Shown: in pieces, positions 28,061 through 38,100 of the stretch
Numbering within the stretch: the stretch's first letter is position 1
Layout: the number at the start of each line of letters is the position of its first letter
NCBI GenBank assembly: GCA_016189025.1
Contig: JACPGS010000014.1
Coordinates: forward strand, 16,339-80,338
DNA length: 64,000 nt
Reading direction: 5' to 3'
From: Candidatus Magasanikiibacteriota bacterium
GTDB lineage: Bacteria; Patescibacteriota; Patescibacteriia; Magasanikbacterales; GWA2-37-8
Program-made: the position numbers and the translations under genes
Notes under the pieces: generated by a model
Database searches by the model: none
The model's input: the letters and a program-made list of their open reading frames with translations, nothing else
Told to the model about the DNA's origin: nothing

Positions 28061-28220
28061 TCTTTCCCTTTCTCTCCCCGTTCCGTTTTACCAATCTCCC
28101 TGCCTTAACTCGCCTACCCCCCTATCGTCCTGTTTTCCTACTATCCTAAACCTTTCGCCTGTTACCTTTCTCCTTTTCACCGCAACACCTGTTCGTTCCA
28201 GTGGCATCTACAAATCCGAA
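28061..28220 (+). repeat. Roughly 160-nt homopyrimidine (C/T) tract on the plus strand, purine-rich on the coding strand of the flanking minus genes.
   Basis: tctttccctttctctccccgttccgttttaccaatctccctgccttaactcgcctacccccctatcgtcctgttttcctactatcctaaacctttcgcctgttacctttctccttttcacc... has almost no G; it is intergenic between 28221..29720 and 27690..28055. Confidence 0.6.
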
Positions 28221-29720
28221 TCACCATGCTTTAGGTATTTCTTTCCGCAGTTTCCAGATGCGCCCTGGTTCATCAAAATAAATTAATGGACTATAAGGTA
28301 AATCATAAACGTCATCATAAATCTCATTCAGGGCTAGGACGCGCGATAAATAAGGTTCTTTCTGCCAGGATACCGACTCAAAGGCAAGAACCAATTCAAT
28401 TTTTAAGCGCGTTGGCCGTTGCAACAATTTAAAATACTCCTTGACCCGGTCTTTTTCCACTGCCGTCAAATCACGCTGCATCAGCGCTTTCCAGTCATAC
28501 GGTTCCCGACGCCCACCTTCCTCGGTAAGAAAACCGCGGTAATCAATCAGATCGCATTCTCGCAAATGCAAATAAATATCAAGAATTCTTTCTAAATACC
28601 TTCGCGCCTCAGCTGGCCAACCGTGCCCGGTCATTACCTTTTTGACATATGATTGTTGACTGGTAGGATCAAGATCCTTGTCCTTGGCTTGAGACAAATA
28701 TGCTTGTAAAAAAGCCGAAATTGTCATCGTTTGCGAACCGCTGAAAAAAATTACTTCATCATTCTTTAATAAATTTTCAGCGAAGAGACCAGAAAAATAT
28801 ACATACTGATTAGCTTGCGGCTCTTCCGCCAGCTTCTCTTTAAGCAGGGTCTCTACTGGAACACCCAGAGAAATAGCTCGCCAAATTAAGTGCTGGCACA
28901 ATCGCTCCTGAAATTCTCCATTAAGAATTTTAAAATCAAACCAAGCGGCATAGACCAACGCCAAGAACAACAAACGATTAAACCTGGTACCGAGCAAGCG
29001 CTGACCAAAGGACTGACTGCTAAACCAGGAGATGGCCAAATCTCGTACCTCGCCATCCCGGCCGATCACCGCTTGACCCACAAAGCGCAATATCGCTGCC
29101 CACCACTCCCACAATTCATCTTTTTGCAGCATTACCCCCTGTAAAAATTTCTCCTTAAACTCCGTAAATAGAGCGAAAGCACCAGGCGGAGTGTAATACA
29201 ACAACATTGCCGCAAAATGGGAAAAATACAATTTAAAAGCTTGGTATTGAGCGGCGAGATTACGCAGCTGTTCCAAGGCTGTGGGCTGGTCGGCGGCCGA
29301 TAATCCAGATAAAACCCGTAACAGATAGTTTTCACCGACCTGATTCAGTTCAAGTAGCCCTACCGTGCCGACCCACTCCGTGGGATAGCCTTCTGACCCG
29401 ATTGGACTAAGGGCAAATTTTTTTTCTACTACAAATTCCCGCCAATCAGCCAGGACAATGCGGAGCGAATCAATTCTTTCGAAATCAATACTATCCACTA
29501 CAGCGTAGAAAAAGGCCGCATCAATTTCAAGATCAACACCCTTCTGCTCAATACTATCCCACTGCGGATCTTCATTCAAAAAAGATAACCAGTGCCAGGC
29601 GGTATTCTCTTCCCATTCACCCAAGACTGCCGCCCGCGCACTAGCCATAGTGCCGCGCAGGGTGATTCTCTTTTTATTCCACCCCTCTTTATTAAACGGG
29701 GTAGTGAAGGCGGGTAGCAT
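28221..29720 (-). CDS. Hypothetical protein; paralogue of 26533..27534.
   Basis: See the paralogy block above; no catalytic motifs recognised. Confidence 0.4.
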   Translation of the reverse strand: MLPAFTTPFNKEGWNKKRITLRGTMASARAAVLGEWEENTAWHWLSFLNEDPQWDSIEQKGVDLEIDAAFFYAVVDSIDFERIDSLRIVLADWREFVVEKKFALSPIGSEGYPTEWVGTVGLLELNQVGENYLLRVLSGLSAADQPTALEQLRNLAAQYQAFKLYFSHFAAMLLYYTPPGAFALFTEFKEKFLQGVMLQKDELWEWWAAILRFVGQAVIGRDGEVRDLAISWFSSQSFGQRLLGTRFNRLLFLALVYAAWFDFKILNGEFQERLCQHLIWRAISLGVPVETLLKEKLAEEPQANQYVYFSGLFAENLLKNDEVIFFSGSQTMTISAFLQAYLSQAKDKDLDPTSQQSYVKKVMTGHGWPAEARRYLERILDIYLHLRECDLIDYRGFLTEEGGRREPYDWKALMQRDLTAVEKDRVKEYFKLLQRPTRLKIELVLAFESVSWQKEPYLSRVLALNEIYDDVYDLPYSPLIYFDEPGRIWKLRKEIPKAW

Positions 29721-29738
29721 AATCTAAAATATAAAAAA

Positions 29739-32700
29739 CTATATCTCGTGAGCGGCAAATTGCTCTTCAATTTCCCGCGCGCCTTTTTCCGGCTTAGGCA
29801 AGGCTGACATTACCTGCGATAATATCACTTCTTTATATTCCCGATCTTCATCCATAAATTCTGTAATCGCCCGGCTATCAGCCTCGTATGCCTCACGGGT
29901 TGCGCCACGATACTTATTTATCCAACTAATCAGTTCTCGCAGGTGGCCAATTTTAGTGCCATCTCCCATCATTAAATTTAATTTGCCGTTCATCGCATCG
30001 GCAAAATTGACGCCAGAATGTTTGGCGAGCAGCGTCATTAAAATCTGGGGCGCCTCCTGTAGGGCCACGGCCCAATCACGCGCGATATCTTTCATGGCTA
30101 TCTGTACTGCCTGCGGACCGTAATGACCGTACTTTTTGCTGGTTAAATCGGAAAACGCATCGCCTACCAACAGACGGCCGTCCTTTTTGCGCGCCTTTTC
30201 CGTAGCTGACAATTTCAGCAGTAAATTTTGGTTGCGCGGGTCCATCCGTTCAATCATAATCTGGCTATTAATGCCGGAAAAAATGGTTCGCATCGCTTCC
30301 GGCACAAAGTGGCTGGCGGTGCCCCAATCTTCATCCATATGGGCCACGCTGTGAATTTTGAGCTTACCCATGCGGTGGGAAGAATCTAGTTTGGCAAATT
30401 CTCCCATCATAAAGCCCATGGCGTTCTTGTACAACTGGCCGCGCGCGAAGCCTTCCTTCATGTCAAAATAGGTATGGCCGCCGTCATCGGCGTGCATGGT
30501 GGCAATAGCCAAATTTTTAAAATCGGTAAGCATTTCAGTCTGATCGGAAAAATCTCTGATGCTTTTAATAAATTTATCTTTAGCCGCAGCGCCTTCCTTG
30601 GCAAATCTCTCGCCAAACGCTTTGACTTCGTTAACCACCCGATCAGTTGCCAAACCAAACTCTTGGCCTAGTTCAACGAGCCCCAGCTCGGTGGCCATCG
30701 CAGTGTAATCCTTCCCGGCTTCCGTGCCCTGCTGAATTTTTTCAGCCAGATCCTGCGCCGCTTCCGAGTAGTCCATTGTCTGGCCGGTGGTCTGTTGAGT
30801 TCGCTCTTGGTGCATTAGCACCGCATTTTCCGACAGCATCAGCTTAGAATCTCCCGCAAACCCCATCAGACGGTGCAGATCATTAGTGGAAAGCCCGGAT
30901 GATTCGCTTTTGACGATTCGAATGCTGCCGTCGCTTTGACGCTCCCCCCACCCCAAATCGTCAACAAAAGCTTGTTCCAGGGCTACGGCTTCGTCGCGGG
31001 CTTTACCGGTGTACTTGCCTTGCTGGTTTTCTCGAATCACGTTATGAATGCGGGCGAGCAAATCATCCGACCACCCGTTGGTAGTAAGATACTTGATATT
31101 GGCCATTAGTTGAGCTTCTAAATCCTTATCGCCTTTGCCTGCCTTTTTCAAGGCGGCGATATGCTTTAACGAACCGATCGCCATAGTTACCGCCTGCTCG
31201 CGCTCCACCCCCTGAAATTGCTCCATGCGCTTCTTGACCCAATTTTTAAAAGCCGAGGTGGGCGTAGACAAACCATATTTTTCGGTAGTCCAAGAGCTTT
31301 CTGCATAATCCTTAGCAGCGGTTTTCTGAATGCCGGTAATGTCTTTATGATAATCCTCCAGCACTTCGGCCAAGGCACCGAGCGCGCCCACGGCCACTGG
31401 CCCTTCGGCTCGTAAATTACGCACCACGGCTTCTACTTTCATGCCTTTCTTAACCGCTTCGAGCGCCTCCCTCATTTTTTCTGCGCCATTCTCAAATATC
31501 TTACCCAGCTTGGCTTGTTTGATTTTTTCCACAAAACTCTTGGCGGCTTTTTCTGCCACTTCGGACAACTGTAATTGGTCAAGCATAGCGCCGAAGGCCG
31601 GTAGCTCAAAGCCAGCCTCTTCCAATTCAGATTCAGCTTGTTTTAGGGTTTGCCCGGAAACCTGCGCGCGCAATTTGCTCTGCCACCAGCGTGCCCCGGA
31701 CGTTACCGTCGACTGTTGTAGCTGTTCCCGACGCGCCTGCCGATCTGCCTCGGCTGCCTGATACGCAGGTACTGCTTTCTCCTTAGCTACTTTCTGTTTA
31801 TAGTCATCAGTCTCAAACCGCTCCTTGGTCTGTTTAACGCCAACCACTTCTTCCGCTCGGCTAATGATTTGTGCCTTGCGACGATTGTGCTCATCAATAA
31901 TATCTTGCACCGTTTTCTCACGCCTCTGTAACTCATCGGCAATAGCCCGCATCGCCCATTCTTCAGAGCTTACCGGCAGTGCTGCCTCTTCTTTTTCTAA
32001 ATCTTCAATGTCTTTCTGTAAATCACCGGCATTTTTAATCGGCCGTCCGGCTTGTTCCGCTTCCAGAGCGAAGGCGGCTTTAGCCTGTGCTTGTTTTAAT
32101 CGTTTTGTCAGTATTGCTTTATTTTCGGCAGTAATGCTCGGATCCGCTAGTGCGGCTTCCCAACCAACAATATCAGTTTTGATTTCAGCTAAATTCTGAA
32201 CCGGCGTGCCAGTCGCGTCCTGCGCTTGCACTTTTAGTAACTCCTCTTGCCGTTTTTCTAACTTTGTTCTAAGCTGGTCACGTCTTTGATACGTTTCATC
32301 TTTAAGAAGCGACGTGTGAGCCTGTTCTAGGCCACGCTTAAATTCAGCTATTTCCTGCTGTGGCCTGGCCAGTGCGGCTTTCTGCTCCTTATCCAGTTGA
32401 GCAAGCGACGTAATTCCAGGCGCCGCCTCGGTGCCAGCTAAAATACGCTCCAAACGCCCCTGTGCTTCTTGCAAACCTTGCTGGGCCTCCCGTTCAGTAT
32501 CAGTCAGACTTTCCTCATCCAATTGCGCCAGTTGCTGTCTGATATTTTCAAGTTCGGCCTTGCCTTCATCAATCAACTGCTGTCGGACAGCGCTCTCTAA
32601 ATCTTTAATATCTTCCTTGACCGTTTCTTGAAGCATCTCCTGTTCCTTAGAGTGCGCCACCGCTAATGACTGTGCGCCGGTTTCGGTAGTAACTGTTGCT

Positions 32701-35105
32701 GTCTTAAGGGCCTCGTCTTTAGCCTCCTCTTTACGTCTTTCATCTTCAGTAGTTAGTGCCCTGGTACGCGCTTCAATAGCAGCCAACTCGGCCAACTCGT
32801 CCTGCCCATGATCCCCCCGATAAAACTCTGTCTCCGCCTCCTTCTTCGCCTCCTTGGCCCGCTCTTCGGCCAGGTGCTCTTCTTTTTCCGCTTCCACCCG
32901 CTCTTTTAGGGTCTTGGCGCCGGCTGTGGTATCCCCAAGGTAAGCGGCTTTTTCGCCGGCTTCCACTGTTTTGAACTGGGCCGCAGCGGTGGCCGCCATT
33001 TCCCGCTGGGCAGTGGTTTCGGCCACGGCCGCCTTTTCGCTGCCCACCGCCAGCTTCACCTTGGCCTCGCCTTCCAAGCGGGCCAGGTTCTGCTTATTGC
33101 GCTCGGCCTGCAACAGATGCTTTTGAATCAAATCCGCCTGGGTCTGCCCCGACTGTTCCACCTTTTTATAGCCAAACCCCTGCCTTTCATACTGCACGCG
33201 TTCGCCCTGCGCCACCCAGGCCCGGCCGATAGACTGAAACTGCTCAGTTTTGGCGGCGCTGCGTTTTTTCTCCTGATCGGCAATTCCCTGCTCCATGCGA
33301 TCCACCGCGTCCACGTCTTCGCCGGCGCCGTATAACTTACCCTGCAACCAGTATTTAGGCACGCCGCGCACCCGGGCGCGCATAATTTCGGCGCGGCGAT
33401 CGGCAAAATTTTTGTTCTTCTCGGCAATTTTTTCGGACTGAATTTCTTTCATGTACCGGCTGTTGGCGCGCTGCAGCAGCACCCCCAGCACCCCACCCTT
33501 AGCCCAGGCGGTTTTCATAGACGCCTCCACCATTTCTTTTTCAAAACCCACGGTCTGCCACCCTTCCGCGTCCGCCACATCCAAACCGACGATGCGCCGA
33601 CTCCCGTCAGCATTCTCCTGAATTCTAGATTTAATCCGCTCTTCCGGAGTCAGCGCCTCGGCGCGGGCGCCCTCCAGCTGGCCGGCGACATATGTTTTTG
33701 CCCGCTTGGCCCAGCTGGGGAAAGGCGTAACGCGGGCGCCCACCTTGGCGAGCCCAATACCGGCTTTTTGCGTAATGCCCTTGCCGCCCTCGTACAGCCA
33801 GCGGCCAAGAGCGTATCCGGAAGCAATGGTCGCCACTTTCTTGCCAAAACTCGCGACGCCGGTTAAGGCCGAGCCGCTGGAGCCCCCGATTTCCGAGGCG
33901 ACTTTGGCGCCGGCAATCAGCATGCCGATGGCAATGGCAAAATTGGCGATGTTGTTCCAGCCCATAGCGTCGCTGATACCCACGCGCTGGCCGCCTAATT
34001 GATCAATCGCGGCAATTTCGCCGGTTTTAATTTTTGAGGTTTCCGGAATGTCGGAATAATATGCCAGCTCCTCGGCCGGGGTGCGCTGGGCACTGCCCAC
34101 GGTAACAAACGACAACCAGATAAAAAACATTAAGACCGGGCCCGTAACCAGGCGGTCGCCGAGCTCGCGCCACCATTTGCCGGCAAAGCTGGCGGTGGTA
34201 GGCAGCACCGAGAGCACAAAAGCAAAGGGCGAGAGCACGATTAATACCCATAGGCCGATGAGGCGGGCGACCAGAATAAACAAATAAATTCCCATTACTG
34301 CCATGGCCATGCCGGCAAACACCACGGCGCCGAGGCTCGCCGTAAAGATGCCGGGCGAGGCTAATTGCGCCGGCTGGGCCGCGTTGTGGAGCTTAACGAT
34401 TTTTTCCAGGTTAAAAGCATTAATGAGGTTGCCGCCGGCGGTGGCCACCACGCCGTTAACGAAAGTGGTCATTACCAGCTGGGAAATGTCTATCAGGACG
34501 CCGATAATCAGCCGGCTGAAGTTGACGAGAATGGCGGCAATGGCAAACTTGGCAATCATTTTTTTCCACTCGTACTGCTCTATGCCGAGGATGGTGCCGA
34601 AGGCCATTAAGAGCAGCACCAATACAAAAAACATGTTGGTGATATCGCGCACCATTACCCAGCCGACATTAACCGCCGTGGCGTCCAGGTACCCGTTGTA
34701 GGCGGCAATTTCAATAATGAAAGTGAGGATGAAAAGAGTGAGTTTGATGAAAAAAGTGGCGACGGTCAAGAGAATTGAAGCAAACAGCCCGGTCCACCAG
34801 TCCCAGGTAAAAATCATGCCGGTAGACCAAAAATTGAACGAACCCGGGTTATCGCCCAGATTGCCGCCGCCTTGTTCCACGATATTAGTACCACCCTGAG
34901 CAGCATTCTTGGTGGCAATATCTAGGGCGCTCTTGGAAGCCCTGGCATCAAAGTCGGAATTGTCAGGAAGGTTTCCTACTGCCAAAACAGGCACGACAAT
35001 CAGTAACGCTACGACCGTAGTGATCGTCACTAACACCGCCCGCCGTTTGGCGAAAAACTTACGTAGAGCGTGGAACGTGGAACGCATAAGCCGATTGCTG
35101 ATCAC
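29739..35105 (-). CDS. Giant (1788 aa) polytopic membrane protein with a roughly 600-aa coiled-coil region; candidate VirB6/TrbL-like channel component fused to a long extracellular or periplasmic extension.
   Basis: Residues about 1-450 contain more than 8 hydrophobic helices (FASILLTVATFFIKLTLFILTFIIEIAAY..., VLVLLLMAFGTILGI..., AMAVMGIYLFILVARLIGLWVLIVLSPFAFVLSVL...). Residues about 560-1150 are E/K/A/Q-rich with heptad-like periodicity. A large globular C-terminal region follows. Confidence 0.6.
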   Translation of the reverse strand: MISNRLMRSTFHALRKFFAKRRAVLVTITTVVALLIVVPVLAVGNLPDNSDFDARASKSALDIATKNAAQGGTNIVEQGGGNLGDNPGSFNFWSTGMIFTWDWWTGLFASILLTVATFFIKLTLFILTFIIEIAAYNGYLDATAVNVGWVMVRDITNMFFVLVLLLMAFGTILGIEQYEWKKMIAKFAIAAILVNFSRLIIGVLIDISQLVMTTFVNGVVATAGGNLINAFNLEKIVKLHNAAQPAQLASPGIFTASLGAVVFAGMAMAVMGIYLFILVARLIGLWVLIVLSPFAFVLSVLPTTASFAGKWWRELGDRLVTGPVLMFFIWLSFVTVGSAQRTPAEELAYYSDIPETSKIKTGEIAAIDQLGGQRVGISDAMGWNNIANFAIAIGMLIAGAKVASEIGGSSGSALTGVASFGKKVATIASGYALGRWLYEGGKGITQKAGIGLAKVGARVTPFPSWAKRAKTYVAGQLEGARAEALTPEERIKSRIQENADGSRRIVGLDVADAEGWQTVGFEKEMVEASMKTAWAKGGVLGVLLQRANSRYMKEIQSEKIAEKNKNFADRRAEIMRARVRGVPKYWLQGKLYGAGEDVDAVDRMEQGIADQEKKRSAAKTEQFQSIGRAWVAQGERVQYERQGFGYKKVEQSGQTQADLIQKHLLQAERNKQNLARLEGEAKVKLAVGSEKAAVAETTAQREMAATAAAQFKTVEAGEKAAYLGDTTAGAKTLKERVEAEKEEHLAEERAKEAKKEAETEFYRGDHGQDELAELAAIEARTRALTTEDERRKEEAKDEALKTATVTTETGAQSLAVAHSKEQEMLQETVKEDIKDLESAVRQQLIDEGKAELENIRQQLAQLDEESLTDTEREAQQGLQEAQGRLERILAGTEAAPGITSLAQLDKEQKAALARPQQEIAEFKRGLEQAHTSLLKDETYQRRDQLRTKLEKRQEELLKVQAQDATGTPVQNLAEIKTDIVGWEAALADPSITAENKAILTKRLKQAQAKAAFALEAEQAGRPIKNAGDLQKDIEDLEKEEAALPVSSEEWAMRAIADELQRREKTVQDIIDEHNRRKAQIISRAEEVVGVKQTKERFETDDYKQKVAKEKAVPAYQAAEADRQARREQLQQSTVTSGARWWQSKLRAQVSGQTLKQAESELEEAGFELPAFGAMLDQLQLSEVAEKAAKSFVEKIKQAKLGKIFENGAEKMREALEAVKKGMKVEAVVRNLRAEGPVAVGALGALAEVLEDYHKDITGIQKTAAKDYAESSWTTEKYGLSTPTSAFKNWVKKRMEQFQGVEREQAVTMAIGSLKHIAALKKAGKGDKDLEAQLMANIKYLTTNGWSDDLLARIHNVIRENQQGKYTGKARDEAVALEQAFVDDLGWGERQSDGSIRIVKSESSGLSTNDLHRLMGFAGDSKLMLSENAVLMHQERTQQTTGQTMDYSEAAQDLAEKIQQGTEAGKDYTAMATELGLVELGQEFGLATDRVVNEVKAFGERFAKEGAAAKDKFIKSIRDFSDQTEMLTDFKNLAIATMHADDGGHTYFDMKEGFARGQLYKNAMGFMMGEFAKLDSSHRMGKLKIHSVAHMDEDWGTASHFVPEAMRTIFSGINSQIMIERMDPRNQNLLLKLSATEKARKKDGRLLVGDAFSDLTSKKYGHYGPQAVQIAMKDIARDWAVALQEAPQILMTLLAKHSGVNFADAMNGKLNLMMGDGTKIGHLRELISWINKYRGATREAYEADSRAITEFMDEDREYKEVILSQVMSALPKPEKGAREIEEQFAAHEI

Positions 35106-35139
35106 TGACTCTGCTGATTTCTGAATCTGCTGTTCACCC

Positions 35140-38100
35140 TCACTGGCTCGGGGCGACGATTACATTGCCCTGGAACGTGGTCCAGGCGCCCGAAGTGGGC
35201 GAATTATCCTGGCACTCCTCTCGGTAACAGCCCAGGTTGCGGCCCGCGGAATCGGTGCGGCCGCAATTGCCGTTGCACCAGCCCCAGTTGTCGGTTAACT
35301 GCACCCGGGGGCGATAGATGCAGCAGCCGCCCGGCAACCCGGCGGCCCGGCAGCGGCTGTCGTTCGGCAGCCAGTTAAGGTTGCCGGCGTCCGCCGCACA
35401 CTGGTAAACATGCTCAAACTGGAAAAAGGCGTTGTCGCAGGTAGCGCCTTCCTGGCGGTCAAAAGTCGGCGCCTGGCCGGCCTCCACGCACCAGCGGGCC
35501 GGGCCGCAGGAACCGTTTAGTTGCGTGCAGCTCTGCCCGCCGACCGTGCAGCGCAGGCCCGAGGAGCAGGTGGGCGTCGGTTGATTGGGTAGCGGAGGGC
35601 AGGCCTGGTCCGTGGTACAGACATCGCCTTTCTGGCCGTTGATATCGCAATACTTGGTGGACGGCACGCTGCAGGGCGTACGCGGTCGGTTTGAATCGTT
35701 GTCAAAAAACGGGCAATCGGAATTGTCGCTCGCGGTACACGCAATGCTCCGGTCGTCGCGGCAGCGGCCTTCGGTTTCCCTGATACTGCACTGGTAGTGC
35801 TGCAGCTGGCCCTGACAATCAGCATCCGCTGAACAGGTGCGGCCGTTTACCGCCGGATCGCCCTGGCAGACGCGGGCGCCTTGCCGGCAGATATCCTCAA
35901 TTTTCCCGCGCTGATTGCGGTACTGACCGGCGTAGCGGATAACGCGGCCGTCGCCCCAGTCCACGGCCACGCCGCGCAAGGGCATTTGGTTGGAATCAGC
36001 CGCCCCAAAAAAGCGCAGCACGGCGGTGCGGTTGGCGGCGCCGGAAATTTTGGCGGTGCTGGTAACGCCGTTAACCGTAAACACATCGCGGCTGGTGGGC
36101 CCTTCAAAACAATCGTCCGCGGCATCGCACCGGAACGGCGCCCATAACTGGGGCCGCTGCGGGGCGACGCCCACTGTATTACCATCATGCAGGTCGCCGG
36201 TGGCCGTATAATCGTAGACAAAGTCGGCAAACAGACTGCCCGCGGTCGCAATCCGCTCATCAGTAACTTGGTAGCCGGTATAACCAGAGGCAGTGGAGGC
36301 AGGCGTTAGGTCAAAACGGAAAATGCGTTTGACCGCGGCAAAAATCTGGCCTAGATTATTGCGGCCTTCCGGCGCCAGGTATTCTCCGGCCGCAGTCTTA
36401 ACAGTAACCAGCTTGCCTTGCTGTTCTTCGCTGCGGGTACAGATGCGGGAGCCGGCGGCGTCGGCACAACTGTAGGGCGCGCCAATGGAGGCCTGCGGGT
36501 CGAGAATCCAGTAGCGGCATTCTTCCAGTCCCCCCGAAGGGCAGCGGCAGGTGGCCGGCAGATTAGTGCGCTCCACCAGACCGCTGCAAGGGCGCCCCAC
36601 CTGCCCCGCTTCCGAGGGCAACGAGAAAGGCGTCAGAATTACCGGGCTCGCCAGCCCCTCGGGAGAATTGGCGTCCAGGCTGCCAAACGGGCTAAACGGC
36701 GTATTCACATTATAGTTAAGGTTGGTTTTACCGGCGCTGGAAGTAAATCTTAAAGCCTGAATAGGGAACTGGCGTAATTTATTCCAAAGGCGATTCGTCC
36801 AGGGCGCGGTTTCGGGTGCGGCATAATCCACCTTGGCTTCGGCAATCGCCCGGCACCATTCGCGCAAATGAAAAGTAACTTTATAATCAATCCCGCCGCT
36901 GTCCGGAGAATCATCGCAAAAAGAGAAGTCGTAGCCGAGAAAAGCCCGCGTTTCAAGGTCAAAACGCACCTTAATGGCATGCCAATTGCCGTTGCCGCGA
37001 TTAGCGCCGGGACAGCTGCTGCTCTGCCAGGGGTCGCCGATAATCCGGGTAAAAATATTGCCGCTTAAATCACCGCACCGGCCGCCCGCCAAAGGAAAGC
37101 ATACCTGGCCGTCTTCCTTAACATAGGTGTCGGCGGTATTGCCTTGCACCAGCTGACTGCCGTACATCAGCACCAGCTGGTGGGACTGGCCCAGGAAGCG
37201 CCCAGCCACGGCGTAACCTAACTGCCAATCCCCATCTTCCTTGTTTTTCGGCTTTACTTTATAACTGGCCTGCTGGGTAGCCGGATCATTGGGCCAGATT
37301 TCAAAAATCGTGCCTGGCGCCGGATCTTCCGGGCCCGAACTTACCACCTGGAAAGTGATTTTTTCAATATCGGTCTGGATAATTTTCGCTTCTTCGGTGC
37401 TGCTGTCCGGCGGCAGGGGATTAACGGCAAACTGATTGGTAGAAATAGACAAGTGAGGGCGCGTCACAAAACTATGGCCGCCTTGCGCGTCCGCGCCGCC
37501 GCTGCTGTTGAGGCAATAAAAAGTGCCGCCGCGCTCCGGATTCTGGTAGCCGGCCTCGGCATGCTGGTTGTTGATATCCAGAGCGCCCTGCAGGGTATCC
37601 ACCGGCCACCAGGTAAGGCAGGGGTGAGTTTTAGGATCATTATTCAGCGGGCGGCTTTGGTCGTACTCCAGGCAATACCCGCGCCAGCCGATGCGCTTGT
37701 CTTCGCGGGTTAAGCGCTGGCAGGTGCCGTCCGGCGTGGCGCCGGGCCGCGGCGCGCAGTCCGCGTTAGTAGCGCAAACTTTGCCGGCCTGGGTGCCGCC
37801 TTCGCACAAAGCCGGCGGCACGCCCTTGGGTCCGGGGAGGGTAGCGCCGGCGCGGGGCAAGGGATTGGCGCTGTTAGGAGCGCGATAATTCCAGAATTTA
37901 GTGGTGAGGTCGCCGTACTGAACCCGGGTATAATCGCATTCACAAGCCAAAGCAGTGGGACCAGCAGCAGACGGGCCGGATTCCTGGCAGCGCTTGACGC
38001 CGTTGAACAGGGGCGCGTCAACCAGCGACAGCGTATTGGGGAACGGCGCATCTTCTTCCGGATAAGCGCGGCAGGTCAGGCGTTCCGCTGCTGCGGTATT

